Source: a virus | Taxonomy: Duplodnaviria > Caudoviricetes | IMG/VR virus record: IMGVR_UViG_3300026382_000022 | Location: 1-53,694 of that record | Strand: one strand, 5' to 3' | Length of the DNA stretch: 53,694 nt | Shown here: positions 37,043-46,721 of the stretch, in pieces | How the letters are laid out: the number at the start of each line of letters is the position of its first letter | Numbering within the stretch: position 1 is the first letter of the stretch | The notes under the pieces: generated by a model | Database searches by the model: none | Told to the model about the DNA's origin: nothing | The model's input: the letters and a program-made list of their open reading frames with translations, nothing else | Translations under genes and position numbers: made by a program

Positions 37043-39363
37043 TATTTTTTCCTTTTAAATTTTTTATTTTTACCACTAGGAGGATTTTCTGCTATAAGAG
37101 CTTTTACTTCTTCAGTAGTTAACTTTTTAATAGCTTCTGTATCCTCTTTAAGTTTTTTAGGTAACTTATAATTTTTCTTACCAACTTTCATGTAGACACC
37201 ATATCTACCATTGATAAATTCAGCACCAGTTTTTTCGTCAGTGTGTATCTGGGCTTTTCTACGTTCTTCCTGTATTTGCTCTATAACTTCTTTAGCTCTA
37301 TCAAAAGTTATAGTATATGGATCATCTTCTTTTAAACCATAATACTTACCATTATGTGTTAACATAGGACCGAATCTACCAATAGTAACATTCACAACAT
37401 AACCATCTATCTCACCTAATTTTTTAGGTAATTCTAATAGATGTAAAGCATATTTTAAATCTACATCATCTTTAGAAACATCTTTAGGTACAGATGCTAC
37501 TCTTGGTTTGTGCTTTTTATCCTCAGGATCTTTCTCTCCTAATTGAACATAAGCTCCATACGCACCTGTTTTATAATAGATTGTTTTACCAGTAGCAGGA
37601 TCTTTACCTAATTCTTTTTCTTCAGAATAGTTAAATCTATCACCATCAGCTTTTTCTTCTATGTTTTTCATAAAAGGAATATAAAACTCTCTGATAACTT
37701 CTTGCCATTTTATTTTACCTTCATTTATAGCATCTAATTTCTCTTCCATATTAGCTGTGAATTTAACATCAATAATATCAGGGAAATTTTCTACTAAATA
37801 ATCTCTTACAGCTTTACCTATAACTGTTGGTTCTAATCTTTTATCTTTAGTTTTAATTACATATTCACGCATTAGAATAGTTGCGATCATACTAGCATAT
37901 GTAGATGGTCTACCAACACCTTCTGATTCTAGTTTTTTAACTAAAGAAGCTTCAGTATATCTAGCTGGTGGTTTAGTAAATAACTGTTCAGCTATAAGTT
38001 CAGTATCTTTAAAAACAGTATTAACAGGAACATCTGGTAAGAATTTCTCTTTATCATCTAGGGTAGCTTCTGGATCATCACTACCTTCAGTATAAGCTTT
38101 CATAAATCCAGGAAAAAGTATCTTAGTACCTTTAGCTACAAACTCATACTGTTTATTACTACCTCCATTGATATAATATGTAGTAGTAGCTACTTTAGCT
38201 TTAGCCATTTGAGTAGCCATAGTTCTTTTCCAAATTAAACTATAAAGTTTAAATTCATGTGGATCTAAATAACCTTTAACTTTTGATGGTTTAAGACTCA
38301 TGTTAGTTACACGGATAGCTTCATGAGCTTCTTGACTACCTTTACTTTTATTAGTATATTTTCTAGGATAATCTAAAGCATACTCTGAACCATATTCGGA
38401 TAAGATAACTTCCTTAGCTGCATCTGTAGCTACTTTAGAGAGATTTAAACTATCAGTACGCATATAAGTAATTAACCCACCAGAGTGGTTAGGAACTACC
38501 ATAGAACCTTCATAAAGTTTTTGTGCTACACTCATAGTTTGTTTAACACTAAAACCTAATTTTCTAGAAGCTTCTTGTTGTAATGTTGAAGTTGTAAATG
38601 GTGGAGGAGGTGTTCTAAAAGATTCTTTTTCTTCTATATTAACTAACACATAATCGTTTTTATCACAATCATTTTTAATAGCATTAGCTTCTTCTTCATT
38701 AGAAATTTTTATCTTTTTACCATTAGCTTTATTAAACTCTGCTCTAAATTTAGGATTAGATAAAATATCTAATTTAAGTTTCCAGTACTCTTCTGGTTTA
38801 AAAGCTTCAATCTCTCTTTCTCTATCAACAACTATACGTAATGCAACAGATTGTGTTCTACCTGCTGATAATCCATACTTTATCTTTTTCCATAATAGAG
38901 GAGAAAGTTTATATCCTAATAATCTATCTAAGATACGTCTAGCTTGTTGTGCATTAACTTTATTCATATCTACATCTCTAGGATTAGCTACAGCATGTAA
39001 GATAGCTGGTTTAGTTATTTCATGGAAAACTATACGTTTAAAAGTAACATCTTTTCTTTTTAAAACTTCTCTAAGGTGCCAGGCAATAGCTTCACCCTCT
39101 GAGTCATCATCACTAGCTAACCAAATTGTTGTACCTGGTCCTACTAGTTGTTTAAGTTCTTTAACAACTCTTCTTTTATCTGGATATACTTCATAGTTAG
39201 GTTGGAAATTATTCTCTGGATCAAAACCTAAATTATTTTTAGGTAAATCTCTAATATGTCCAAAACTAGCTTTTACTACATACCCATTACCAAGTATCTT
39301 AGTTATAGTTTTTGTTTTAGCTGGTGATTCAACTATAACTAAATTATCTACATATCTACTCAT
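37042..39363 (-). CDS. topA: DNA topoisomerase I (type IA)
   Basis: LVIVESPAK, ASFGHIRDL, D.D.EGEAI, RR.LDR..GY, SAGR.QS, LITYMRTDS (catalytic Tyr), QEAHEAIR, GRPSTY; C-terminal G.YG.Y repeats. Confidence 0.97.
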   Translation of the reverse strand: MSRYVDNLVIVESPAKTKTITKILGNGYVVKASFGHIRDLPKNNLGFDPENNFQPNYEVYPDKRRVVKELKQLVGPGTTIWLASDDDSEGEAIAWHLREVLKRKDVTFKRIVFHEITKPAILHAVANPRDVDMNKVNAQQARRILDRLLGYKLSPLLWKKIKYGLSAGRTQSVALRIVVDREREIEAFKPEEYWKLKLDILSNPKFRAEFNKANGKKIKISNEEEANAIKNDCDKNDYVLVNIEEKESFRTPPPPFTTSTLQQEASRKLGFSVKQTMSVAQKLYEGSMVVPNHSGGLITYMRTDSLNLSKVATDAAKEVILSEYGSEYALDYPRKYTNKSKGSQEAHEAIRVTNMSLKPSKVKGYLDPHEFKLYSLIWKRTMATQMAKAKVATTTYYINGGSNKQYEFVAKGTKILFPGFMKAYTEGSDDPEATLDDKEKFLPDVPVNTVFKDTELIAEQLFTKPPARYTEASLVKKLESEGVGRPSTYASMIATILMREYVIKTKDKRLEPTVIGKAVRDYLVENFPDIIDVKFTANMEEKLDAINEGKIKWQEVIREFYIPFMKNIEEKADGDRFNYSEEKELGKDPATGKTIYYKTGAYGAYVQLGEKDPEDKKHKPRVASVPKDVSKDDVDLKYALHLLELPKKLGEIDGYVVNVTIGRFGPMLTHNGKYYGLKEDDPYTITFDRAKEVIEQIQEERRKAQIHTDEKTGAEFINGRYGVYMKVGKKNYKLPKKLKEDTEAIKKLTTEEVKALIAENPPSGKNKKFKRKK

Positions 39364-39381
39364 TAAGTTTCCTTTTTAATA

Positions 39382-39546
39382 TCAACTTTTAAATCCGTCT
39401 CCCGTGGAAATAGATGCTGTGTTAAATATTCTGATCAATGTACTGTTACACTTTTCACATTTTTCTTCTCTAGAAGATACAGACATTGGTTTATCTATTA
39501 TTTGTATTGTTTTACATTTTTTGCATTCATATTGATATCTCATCAT
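39382..39546 (-). CDS. FmdB-family zinc-ribbon protein (54 aa)
   Basis: Manual ORF MMRYQYECKKC...CEKCNSTLIRIFNTASISTGDGFKS with AAAGGA RBS; Y.Y.C..C...C..C...G.GF pattern. Confidence 0.75.
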   Translation of the reverse strand: MMRYQYECKKCKTIQIIDKPMSVSSREEKCEKCNSTLIRIFNTASISTGDGFKS

Positions 39547-39555
39547 TTTTCCTTT

Positions 39556-40335
39556 TTATATATTTACATCAGGCATATATGTACCCATTAAACTACTGCT
39601 ATTATTATGATAATATCTAAGTTTACTTATGAAATCTATTGTGTATTCCTGTTTAATATTAGTTTCACATGCATGCACATTTTCATCAGGATTATCCCAA
39701 AAACTATAATCATGTAAGAATAGTACTTTTTTTATTTCATTATCTTGAATTCTTTCTGTTATTTCTAACATTAATTCTTTAGAAGCAGTAGTATCACCAC
39801 TTATCCAAATAGCTTCATTGTTAGGTATCATGAACAAAATACCATTACTGGGTAAATGATGTATACACTTTGTTGTACTTATGATTAAATTAGTTTCAGC
39901 ATCGATAGCATCTGCTATAAAATTTAGTTTATTAATATTAACTATGTTAGCATATTTAAATTTTATCTTACCTGAATCATCTTTACCATTTGCTGATTTA
40001 TTAAATTCTTTTACGTTTATATAATCACACATATCATTATATACATCAGAACCAACAAAAATTTCAGTAGTTTTTCCATATATAAAATATCTATAATACA
40101 TTAATGACTTAAGACCACCTATATGATCATCATCCATATGTGTTATGAAGATATAGTTTAGATCTTTAATAATATTATTATCTTCAATTTCTAATTCTTT
40201 TAATTTAGAAAATACATTATATCCACAATCTATTAACCATTTACTTATAGGTGTACTAACTATGAAACTACTATTAGTTAATTCTGTATCAAATGCACCG
40301 CCAGTGCCGATTATTTTTAAACTTAATTTATTCAT
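39556..40335 (-). CDS. Metallo-beta-lactamase-fold hydrolase, Apyc1 (anti-Pycsar)/RNase Z-like
   Basis: GTGGAF, LIDCG, ITHMDDDHIGGL, H, SGDT, HD, VHA and YH motifs. Confidence 0.8.
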   Translation of the reverse strand: MNKLSLKIIGTGGAFDTELTNSSFIVSTPISKWLIDCGYNVFSKLKELEIEDNNIIKDLNYIFITHMDDDHIGGLKSLMYYRYFIYGKTTEIFVGSDVYNDMCDYINVKEFNKSANGKDDSGKIKFKYANIVNINKLNFIADAIDAETNLIISTTKCIHHLPSNGILFMIPNNEAIWISGDTTASKELMLEITERIQDNEIKKVLFLHDYSFWDNPDENVHACETNIKQEYTIDFISKLRYYHNNSSSLMGTYMPDVNI

Positions 40336-40823
40336 TATATTTCCCTTTTTGTATAAATATCTATATATTTAGATATTATTCTATTTATTCTAGCTTCTTC
40401 TTCTAAACGAAGCTTTTCCTCTTTTTTAATCTTTTTAATTTTTCCATAACACACACGATTAATACTACCCCAGTATTCTTTAACATATGAATCTGGATGA
40501 TGTTTACTTATTATGTAAGCTGCAGATATAACATGTTCTACCCAATGTTTATTATTCAAATATTCTTTAATAAGAAAATTTACTACAACATTAACTCTAA
40601 CAACATCAGAACTCATATAGTTAAATTTCTTACCAAGATCTTTCTGGATTATATATCTAAACATTTTAGTTATCTTTTTAGATTCAATGCACGCACCATT
40701 ATCTTTATCTGTACCTCTTAATATTGAAAATAATGTTGATTGTAATCTAGGATCTATTTTGTTAACCCATGACCTAGTTGGTACTAACCTACCACATAGT
40801 TTCTCTTTTATACCTTCTAACAT
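40335..40823 (-). CDS. Hypothetical basic protein
   Basis: 162-aa ORF with AGGAG RBS after an early promoter motif. Confidence 0.6.
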   Translation of the reverse strand: MLEGIKEKLCGRLVPTRSWVNKIDPRLQSTLFSILRGTDKDNGACIESKKITKMFRYIIQKDLGKKFNYMSSDVVRVNVVVNFLIKEYLNNKHWVEHVISAAYIISKHHPDSYVKEYWGSINRVCYGKIKKIKKEEKLRLEEEARINRIISKYIDIYTKREI

Positions 40824-40847
40824 AACTACTCCTAACTTTGTTCTAAT

Positions 40848-40871
40848 TTAGTAATATATAGTTATAATTTT
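40848..40871 (-). promoter_or_regulatory. Early promoter motif
   Basis: Minus strand AAAATTATAACTATATATTACTAA. Confidence 0.75.
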
Positions 40872-40873
40872 GT

Positions 40874-42004
40874 TCAAGCTACAGTAGATAGTTCTTTTTT
40901 AAGTAATTTTAATTTATCTATATCTAAATCATATTTATTCATTACTTCAGTTATAACTAATTCCTCTATATTATCTTTAGTAATATTAAAACTATCTAAT
41001 TTATTAAATTCTAATGGTTTAGTAACCTGACTATAACCATCTTCCTTTTCTTTCTTATTTTCTATCTTGATAACATAATCTACATATTTATTAACAATTT
41101 CTTTTTTATTTTTATATAAACCTGAATCTTTACTAACCCATATCCTGACAGCACTTCCCTTAGGAATATTACCCATATCTTTTTCTAATTTTAAATTTAT
41201 ATCTTCTGTATCTATATCACTGTAATCTAATGTTATAAACTTCATAGCATTAGTATTTTCTAAAAACACATAACTACTATCCCCATATTTATTTAAAGTT
41301 AAAATAACACCACCTTTAGCTTCTTCTTCATTATGTGCTAATCTATCAAAACTACCTTGTGCTATAACTTTACCATTAACACTGTGTTTATGTATATGTC
41401 CTATAGCTATAAATTTATCTACTATATTTTCATACTCTTCTAGATCATGACTGCTATCTAATTTTATCATAGGTATTTGGTAATCAAATTGACCATGCAT
41501 TACAGCTAAATCAACTTTTGATAGATTAGCTTCTTGTAATTTAGCTTTAACTACTTCTAGAGTCTCACTAGCATTATGTTTATATTCATCAGGTATATAT
41601 AAAATGTTTATACCAAATTCTGTAATATGTTCTATAACTAGATCATTGATGTATTTAAAATCTATATCTATCTCTAACTCTTTTAATGCTGTATTTAAAA
41701 CACTTGCTTGTTTCCAATCATGAGATGGAGTTCCTTCTAGTATACGTAATTTAATATTATGTTTTTTACAATACATAGCTAGATTAGTTAACCATTGTAA
41801 ACTTATTAAAAAATCACTACTACCATTTACTAATAATGTATCATAGATATCACCAGCTATAACTATCATCTTACATTGTTTAATATATTTATTATATTTT
41901 ATAAAATATTTATTTAAATTATTAACTATGTTAGATGTTTTATTTATATTATGTCCTAAATGTATATCACTTAGAACTAAAATATTGAGTTGGTCTATAT
42001 TCAT
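40874..42004 (-). CDS. Mre11/SbcD-like metallophosphoesterase nuclease (phiKZ gp65-like)
   Basis: SDIHLG, AGDIYD, GTPSHD, MHG and GHIH motifs; start MNIDQ with AAAGGA RBS. Confidence 0.88.
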   Translation of the reverse strand: MNIDQLNILVLSDIHLGHNINKTSNIVNNLNKYFIKYNKYIKQCKMIVIAGDIYDTLLVNGSSDFLISLQWLTNLAMYCKKHNIKLRILEGTPSHDWKQASVLNTALKELEIDIDFKYINDLVIEHITEFGINILYIPDEYKHNASETLEVVKAKLQEANLSKVDLAVMHGQFDYQIPMIKLDSSHDLEEYENIVDKFIAIGHIHKHSVNGKVIAQGSFDRLAHNEEEAKGGVILTLNKYGDSSYVFLENTNAMKFITLDYSDIDTEDINLKLEKDMGNIPKGSAVRIWVSKDSGLYKNKKEIVNKYVDYVIKIENKKEKEDGYSQVTKPLEFNKLDSFNITKDNIEELVITEVMNKYDLDIDKLKLLKKELSTVA

Positions 42005-42074
42005 ATTATATCCTTTAATCACTAATTAATTATTAAATTTTCAATTTTAATGAAATACAAAATAAGGAGTATTC

Positions 42075-42284
42075 ATGTTTAATCATTTAGTAGCTACTGA
42101 AGATAGCAAAATTCACATAAAAAAAGAAAATGAAGGTAAATTCACGCAATATTGTAAAGATCATGGTTACACTAAAGTAACTAATGCATGTATTAAAGAA
42201 GGTTTAAAAGATCCAGATCCTACTGTTAGAAAAGAAGCTAACTTCGCTAGAAATAGTAGAAAATGGGATCACGACAAAAAATAA
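42075..42284 (+). CDS. Small basic protein with IHIK..N.GKFT...ANFA.N..KW motif, possible head cargo
   Basis: AAGGAG RBS; motif recalled from crAss-like phage proteins; N-terminal ATE. Confidence 0.7.
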   Translation: MFNHLVATEDSKIHIKKENEGKFTQYCKDHGYTKVTNACIKEGLKDPDPTVRKEANFARNSRKWDHDKK

Positions 42285-42290
42285 AATATA

Positions 42291-42316
42291 TACTAGTAGC
42301 TTATAAGCTACTAGTA
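42291..42316. terminator. Perfect 26-bp palindrome between convergent genes
   Basis: TACTAGTAGCTTA|TAAGCTACTAGTA. Confidence 0.7.
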
Positions 42317-42390
42317 CATATCACAATTTGAACATTCACATGGTTTAAGTACATTATCAATTATTAAAATAGCTGTATCAGACTTTTCTA

Positions 42391-42957
42391 CTATGTTAGA
42401 TATATTTCTTTCAAATGCTGGCATATATACGATATTAGAGCAGCTCTAAGTTTTCTATTCACATATTCACCATCTATACGCAGTGTACATCTAAGTTGAT
42501 CTGGTACATTAACATTAACTGTAGTTTCTACTTTAACACTCTGATGCAACATTGGTATCTCTTTAAGATTGTTATTGTAATTATTAGCAGCGACTAACAT
42601 CTCGTTGAATACTTCATTACACTTATCAGTATGTGTTGCATCGATATAACAATCACTAGAGCCCTCATGACCACCACAACTATACATAGTTTCAACACCC
42701 TCTATATCATTTAGGACTACTATTAAATCAACTATAATACTATCAATCGGTACAATTTGATATTTATTATTAGGATTAAAAAATTTTTTATCACACTCAT
42801 ATATATGCCATAATGTAACCATTTTATTAATATTTACATTATAAGCTATTTCTATATCATCCTTATACGACAAATTTCCAACAAAACACTCAAGTACCTT
42901 CGTTAGTTTATGAAAACAATCATTATTCTTTTTTGTGAATTTACTATCAAAACTCAT
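42391..42957 (-). CDS. Hypothetical protein with G..T..SC.GH motif (TYW3-like fold possible)
   Basis: 'PIDSII..L...LN...GVETMYSCGGH'; AAAGGA RBS. Confidence 0.6.
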   Translation of the reverse strand: MSFDSKFTKKNNDCFHKLTKVLECFVGNLSYKDDIEIAYNVNINKMVTLWHIYECDKKFFNPNNKYQIVPIDSIIVDLIVVLNDIEGVETMYSCGGHEGSSDCYIDATHTDKCNEVFNEMLVAANNYNNNLKEIPMLHQSVKVETTVNVNVPDQLRCTLRIDGEYVNRKLRAALISYICQHLKEIYLT

Positions 42958-43064
42958 CTTTTTTCCTTTTTGTTTATATTTGCTCTAGAAATCATTTTAA
43001 TACAGATACAAGTATCATATCCTGTTTCTGTTTAAAATAGCTTCTAGGTACCTTAAAATGATCT

Positions 43065-43280
43065 TCATCTACAGTTATGCAACTTTACATCATTAACTTT
43101 AGTTCTATATCTACCCAATATAGATGGTGCTAGTAATGTAGGAACTATTATTGCTAACATATTTAATCCTAACATTAAAAATATTTTAACCATAATACTT
43201 AAAGCTAATATTTCTAATAACAAATATACTCTAACTTTAGTTAAACTATATTTTCTACGATCTCTTTTCATCCTATTCAC
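43065..43280 (-). CDS. Small two-TM membrane protein
   Basis: GTG start after AGGAG; two hydrophobic segments. Confidence 0.55.
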   Translation of the reverse strand: MNRMKRDRRKYSLTKVRVYLLLEILALSIMVKIFLMLGLNMLAIIVPTLLAPSILGRYRTKVNDVKLHNCR

Positions 43281-43281
43281 A

Positions 43282-43662
43282 TTAACTCCTTAAGTCCACA
43301 TGCATACCTTTAGTTAGTTCTTTACTATCTAGTCTTTCTTTTCTACTAAGACTGATAGCATTACTAAGCTCTAGTTTTTCAACTACTTTATTATAGTCTT
43401 TTTCTAACTTATTAAAATTACTTTGTAACTTCAACATTTTGTTATAATAGTTTTTCTCTTTAGAGAGTTCTTTCTCTAAATCTTTTACCATACCAACTAG
43501 TTTCTTATTACTAGTGCTTAATTTACTAGTAACTTCTTTTAAGTTACTGTTATCTTCTTTTAATGCTTTATTCTCTAAGATTAAATCTCTTAACTCTAAA
43601 GCACCTACTGTTACTGTGTCATCTTTACTTAATTTCATTTTTAAGAATTTCTCTTTATTCAT
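43282..43662 (-). CDS. Coiled-coil hypothetical protein
   Basis: Heptad Leu/Lys/Glu pattern; ATGA-coupled to upstream gene. Confidence 0.6.
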   Translation of the reverse strand: MNKEKFLKMKLSKDDTVTVGALELRDLILENKALKEDNSNLKEVTSKLSTSNKKLVGMVKDLEKELSKEKNYYNKMLKLQSNFNKLEKDYNKVVEKLELSNAISLSRKERLDSKELTKGMHVDLRS

Positions 43663-44924
43663 CTTTTTTCCTTTTTATAATATTCATCTTCGTGTATAAC
43701 ACATTTAGATATCCAAACTTTTTTACCACTTTTATAGTGACGCCAATGTCCACTTCTAACATGACTACTTTTATGCTGTCTATACCCATCAGGTCTAACA
43801 CTATAAGTAACTAATATTTTACTTAATTCATCGATAACAGTTTTAACTACACGTTTTTTCTTTTTGCTAAGTTTAGCTTTTTTACGCACTGTTGTTAAGA
43901 ATCTAACTACTGCAGTTATCTTATCGAATCTTATACCCTCTTTTAAATACTCTTCTAGCATAGTATCAACATCATCAACTATATCATCAACTACTTTAAA
44001 TTTATTTAAAAATTCACTTTTAGTTAAATGTATGACCTTACGCACATTGACTATCTCTTTATCTTTAGGTTTAAACAAATAGTCTTTATCGATATTAATA
44101 ATAGTATCTTCAGTTATTTCATTATTACTATCATCACACATATCTTCAACAGTAGTTTCTGTTTCACTAATAAGTTTATTTAAAATATCTTTATTTACTT
44201 TTATAAAGACTTCTTTATTACTTATATCGATATAAGTGGATATTAATTTATTTAAAGTATGTTGTGTAATGTTATCTGGTACCATAGTAGATGGTATGGT
44301 ATATCTACTAGGAGTATCATCTATCATAGTAGTTATTTTTTTCATTTTCATTTTTTTAACACCAGGTAGATTAAAGAAACTTATACCTTCATTTATAATA
44401 GTTGGAAAATACTTCATAAGGATAGTACTTATTTTAGTTTCTCTAGGTATCTCAAGATCAACATAGTTACCTTTACCATAACCATTATCAAACACTATTC
44501 TAAATTTTATATAATTTAGATTTTGTTTTCTAGCTAATGCTAATGACATATTCCATAACTCGGATAAAATAAAGTTCATACTATGTTTCATAAAGAACTC
44601 TTTACTAATAACAGCTAATCTAGTTAACACACCAGGATCAAGTATACCGTTGTCTAGTGTCATAACATGTATAGAATCATTACGTACATTTATATATCTA
44701 CCATATTTACCTTCTAGTTTAAAATAATCGAATATAATATCATCTACATCTGGATCAGTATTAACAATAACAAATTCATCTTTTTCTAATTTACATATAT
44801 CTGGATTAGATATCATATATTTATCAGGTATTTTTTTAAACTCATTTACTAATGATGTATTGCCGTCTAGTACAATTACATTATCATCACTTATTTTAAT
44901 TTTGATTATGTGGTTCGTATTCAT
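43659..44924 (-). CDS. Hypothetical protein with C-terminal H.R.GHWR basic motif
   Basis: 'SHVRSGHWRHYKSGKKVWI', a recurrent phage motif; AAAGGA RBS. Confidence 0.65.
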   Translation of the reverse strand: MNTNHIIKIKISDDNVIVLDGNTSLVNEFKKIPDKYMISNPDICKLEKDEFVIVNTDPDVDDIIFDYFKLEGKYGRYINVRNDSIHVMTLDNGILDPGVLTRLAVISKEFFMKHSMNFILSELWNMSLALARKQNLNYIKFRIVFDNGYGKGNYVDLEIPRETKISTILMKYFPTIINEGISFFNLPGVKKMKMKKITTMIDDTPSRYTIPSTMVPDNITQHTLNKLISTYIDISNKEVFIKVNKDILNKLISETETTVEDMCDDSNNEITEDTIINIDKDYLFKPKDKEIVNVRKVIHLTKSEFLNKFKVVDDIVDDVDTMLEEYLKEGIRFDKITAVVRFLTTVRKKAKLSKKKKRVVKTVIDELSKILVTYSVRPDGYRQHKSSHVRSGHWRHYKSGKKVWISKCVIHEDEYYKKEKR

Positions 44925-45035
44925 CTTTTTTCCTTTTTCGATTTTGCATAACAGATTCTCCTGTGTTACAATATATTAACTAACTAGTGAACTAATGATG
45001 TATCTAGTTAGCAACTAACGATCGTTACTTCTATT

Positions 45036-45059
45036 TTAATAATATATGTTTATAATTTT
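45036..45059 (-). promoter_or_regulatory. Early promoter motif (variant)
   Basis: Minus strand AAAATTATAAACATATATTATTAA. Confidence 0.6.
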
Positions 45060-45761
45060 GTTCAATTAGAAATATATCAACCATATACCAGATAGCTAAT
45101 AAGCTACCTGATATATCATTCTAAGAAAAAAGAACCAAAAAAGAATATATTCTTATATTCTAATATTATTAGCTACTATATCCATTACTATTCTTTTATT
45201 ATATTATTATTAAATTATCTATGCTACTATAGCTATTACTATTCTTATTATATATTATTAAAATAATTATTTAAACTATTTACTATTATATGAACTATTA
45301 TAGTTTATCAATAATAATAGTACAGTCTTTTAACTACTACAAGTAGGTTCTATACTTCGTCACATTAGTGATACTATTCTCAATTGCAGTAATCATCTCT
45401 TAACAGAGATACCCATACCAGGACTAGATACCTTTTATCTAGGGGAGGGATAGTGAAGCATGAAGAGCAGCATCGAGATGGAAGAGAGAAGAAAAGAGAG
45501 AGCGCAACGCCTAGTATTACTACAATGAGTTATAGTCTGAAGGTGGAAATAAACTTTATATACATACATACTCACTAAAATGGTAATAGTTAAATTTTTA
45601 TTTATAATAATAATAGAAAGTAATATAATAGCTATATAGGCTATTAATAAGAAGATATATGAGATATAATATACATAGTAGTACATAGCTACTATGTATA
45701 TATTAATTTGTTTTAAAATGAAACATAGGATATTGTTTGATTAACAATATATAAAGGAATA
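45060..45761. other. Long AT-rich non-coding divergent region with direct repeats, a purine tract and hairpins
   Basis: Imperfect direct repeat at ~45172-45265; A/G-rich tract 45441-45503; hairpin 45670-45700. Confidence 0.6.
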
Positions 45762-46721
45762 ATGATGAATAACCCATTAGCTATACCATACAATACTACT
45801 TATGGTAGTTTAATAAATAATAAAAAGACTATTGATGCTATTATGAAATATCTAATAGAGAATGATACTAATTTAAATTATGAGTACATTAACTCTAGTG
45901 AAACTAAATTAGTTATCATTACAGGTAAGAATGAAAAAGAACAATCTTTACCTATATGGGAATTCCCTTTAGTATTTAAAGATATTAAAGATAACACTAT
46001 TATAGCAGTAGATGTCAGAATGTATGTAGATGTTAAAAAGAATCCATCTTTTTTAAATCTTTCAGAGATAGTAAAAGATAAATCAGCATTTACATTTAAA
46101 ATATTGAATGCTTTATTGGTAGGAGATATGTTATCAGAGTCTTATGATAAATTAATACCTACAGAACAACATGTAGTTACAGCAGCTACATTATGGTTAT
46201 CAGAATCTATAAATTCTATAGTTATGCTTAACCCTGTAGAGAAAGTTACTTTAGAAGTAATCTTAAGTGCATATTTTTATAAATTCTATCTTAATAGTCC
46301 TTTAGATAAATCTACAGAAGAAGTTATCAGAATGAAAGTTTCTAAAACTAAACTTTCTTTACCTGTTAATAATGCATTCATTACTGATGTATTTACTAAA
46401 TTAGATATGTCTATGTCTAATGTTAATGAATTAGTATCTAATATTAAAAATGTACTAAATAGTGATAAAGGTAATATGTTAACATCTGATGTAATAGTAT
46501 CTGCTGTATCTAATAGCTGGTATGGTCCTGGTACTAATGAAACTACATTAGTATCTTTAGAAAACTTACCAACATTGATTACCTTAGTATATGCTGCTTT
46601 AAGTGATAAAACATATAAGAGAAGTAGAATATCTACTATCCTAGATAAATATAAGAGAAAAATAGATGACAAAAAATTTATTAAATATATGGAGATCTAT
46701 CTTTCAGAGAGTATCTTTTAA
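45762..46721 (+). CDS. Conserved phiKZ-like hypothetical protein (gp62-like by position)
   Basis: PY.TT, P....P, VDVR, W.G and LE..PT...LVY.A motifs recalled from the Chimalliviridae core. Confidence 0.55.
   Translation: MMNNPLAIPYNTTYGSLINNKKTIDAIMKYLIENDTNLNYEYINSSETKLVIITGKNEKEQSLPIWEFPLVFKDIKDNTIIAVDVRMYVDVKKNPSFLNLSEIVKDKSAFTFKILNALLVGDMLSESYDKLIPTEQHVVTAATLWLSESINSIVMLNPVEKVTLEVILSAYFYKFYLNSPLDKSTEEVIRMKVSKTKLSLPVNNAFITDVFTKLDMSMSNVNELVSNIKNVLNSDKGNMLTSDVIVSAVSNSWYGPGTNETTLVSLENLPTLITLVYAALSDKTYKRSRISTILDKYKRKIDDKKFIKYMEIYLSESIF

Noticed and set aside
42311-42424. 37-aa ORF MPAFERN...CECSNCDMY on the minus strand
   Set aside because: No clear RBS, overlaps the upstream gene, and its stop lies inside the palindrome; too weak to call.
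45435-45686. 83-aa hydrophobic minus-strand ORF in the intergenic region
   Set aside because: Tyr/Ile-rich translation of low-complexity AT DNA with no RBS; cannot be fully excluded as a small membrane protein.
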